Source: Antechinus flavipes
Taxonomy: Eukaryota
Length of the DNA stretch: 64,000 bases
Assembly: GCF_016432865.1 (NCBI RefSeq)
Contig: NC_067403.1
Coordinates: forward strand, 218,240,001-218,304,000
Direction: 5' to 3'
Made by a program: the position numbers and the translations under genes
Shown: piece by piece, positions 63,038 to 64,000 of the stretch
Layout: each line of letters starts with the position of its first letter
Numbering within the stretch: position 1 is the first letter of the stretch
Notes under the pieces: generated by a model
What the model was told of the DNA's origin: nothing
The model's input: the letters and a program-made list of their open reading frames with translations, nothing else
Database searches by the model: none

Positions 63038-64000
63038 TGATATATGGTCTTTATGTGATAATAGTTAAATCATTCAACCCCTTTTGATCTCAAGCAAATT
63101 TCTTTTTTTTCCTTTTTAATTATTTTTAAAATTTTTATGAAGATTTATTTCCTTTACCCTAGACCCTTCCCTCCCTTCAACCAATGACAAAAGAAATATA
63201 CATCTAGTCCCACCTTTCTCTCCTCTCCTCCTTTTACAAAGTCAATCAAAACAAAATTCTACATTGATCAGGAAAATATCTAAAGTTGCAAATACCAAAT
63301 CATAAACTAATTTCAATCTGCAAAAGAGAAGGAACTTCAACATTGAAGAAATAAGAGATTATTATTTTATTTATTAATTTTTTTACTATACCCTCCTTGA
63401 CAATGGCATACATATAAGTATTTCTAAGGTACTATGAAACAAGGTTCATACATACAGTCTTTTGGGAGTATTAATATACATATGTCCCAAATTAACTTTT
63501 CAATTAAGGATGACTTTATGATTAAGTGTTCACCTACATAGTGTGATTACAGAGTGCTTAAATGCTGCCTAATTCCAAATGCCTCTCCACTGAGAATCTG
63601 CCTCAAACATCAGAAAATCCTGTCATTCAAAGTAGTTCTTTGGATTAAGGGATTTTATCTAAAAGATTTCTCCCAGTAAAAAAATTAAATCTCATCAGAT
63701 AGAAGTAACCAATTAAATCATTAGCAGACAAGAACAGATTAGCATAGATTGGCATTTCAGATTAGCTGGGTTATTAGGGAACATGCCCAAAAGGGGAACC
63801 TAAAGCAAATCTATTGTGATAGGAGTTTGGAGATAAGGAAAAAAATTATTCTGAGAAGATAAGTTTCAAATATGGTGGATGTCCTGGACAGTTCACAGTA
63901 ACTCATATGTCTATAGCATCTTAAACAAAAAATATACCTATTAGTCACTGCAAATAGTTATTTTTATTGTTTCTGCTGAGGAAACTGAGGCTCCAAGACA

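Noticed and set aside
56330-64000. A second gene or lncRNA downstream
   Set aside because: I recognised no exon chain or protein similarity; the region is mostly MIR/L2/RTE-SINE/L1 and simple repeats. An unannotated lncRNA cannot be excluded without RNA data.

Overview
Eukaryotic, AT-rich, CpG-depleted mammalian DNA, almost certainly marsupial and probably Australian/dasyurid-like, judged from WSINE1-type SINEs, dense CORE-SINE/L2/CR1/RTE relics and the L1 3'UTR type. The window holds one complete protein-coding gene on the + strand, SLC17A6 (vesicular glutamate transporter 2, VGLUT2). It has 12 coding exons from ATG 2042 to TAA 54175. All 11 introns are GT-AG and phase-compatible, giving 1749 nt = 582 aa plus stop, with the known functional residues intact. 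The 3'UTR is about 2.1 kb, ending near AATAAA at 56263, and is followed by about 7.7 kb of repeat-rich intergenic DNA. There are three N gaps. I found no prokaryotic features, CRISPR array, RNA gene or second gene, and no new biological system that I can support. The best second-look items are regulatory or mutational: two tandem REST/RE1 sites upstream of the gene, a uORF-rich leader, an E-box/homeobox cluster in intron 3, a SINE-derived poly(A) signal upstream of abutting miR-137/miR-92 seed sites, a 29-bp templated-insertion scar, and a possible short L1 3' transduction. Repeat family names and comparisons with human/rodent sequences come from memory of consensus sequences, not from searches. 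Repeat boundaries are approximate.
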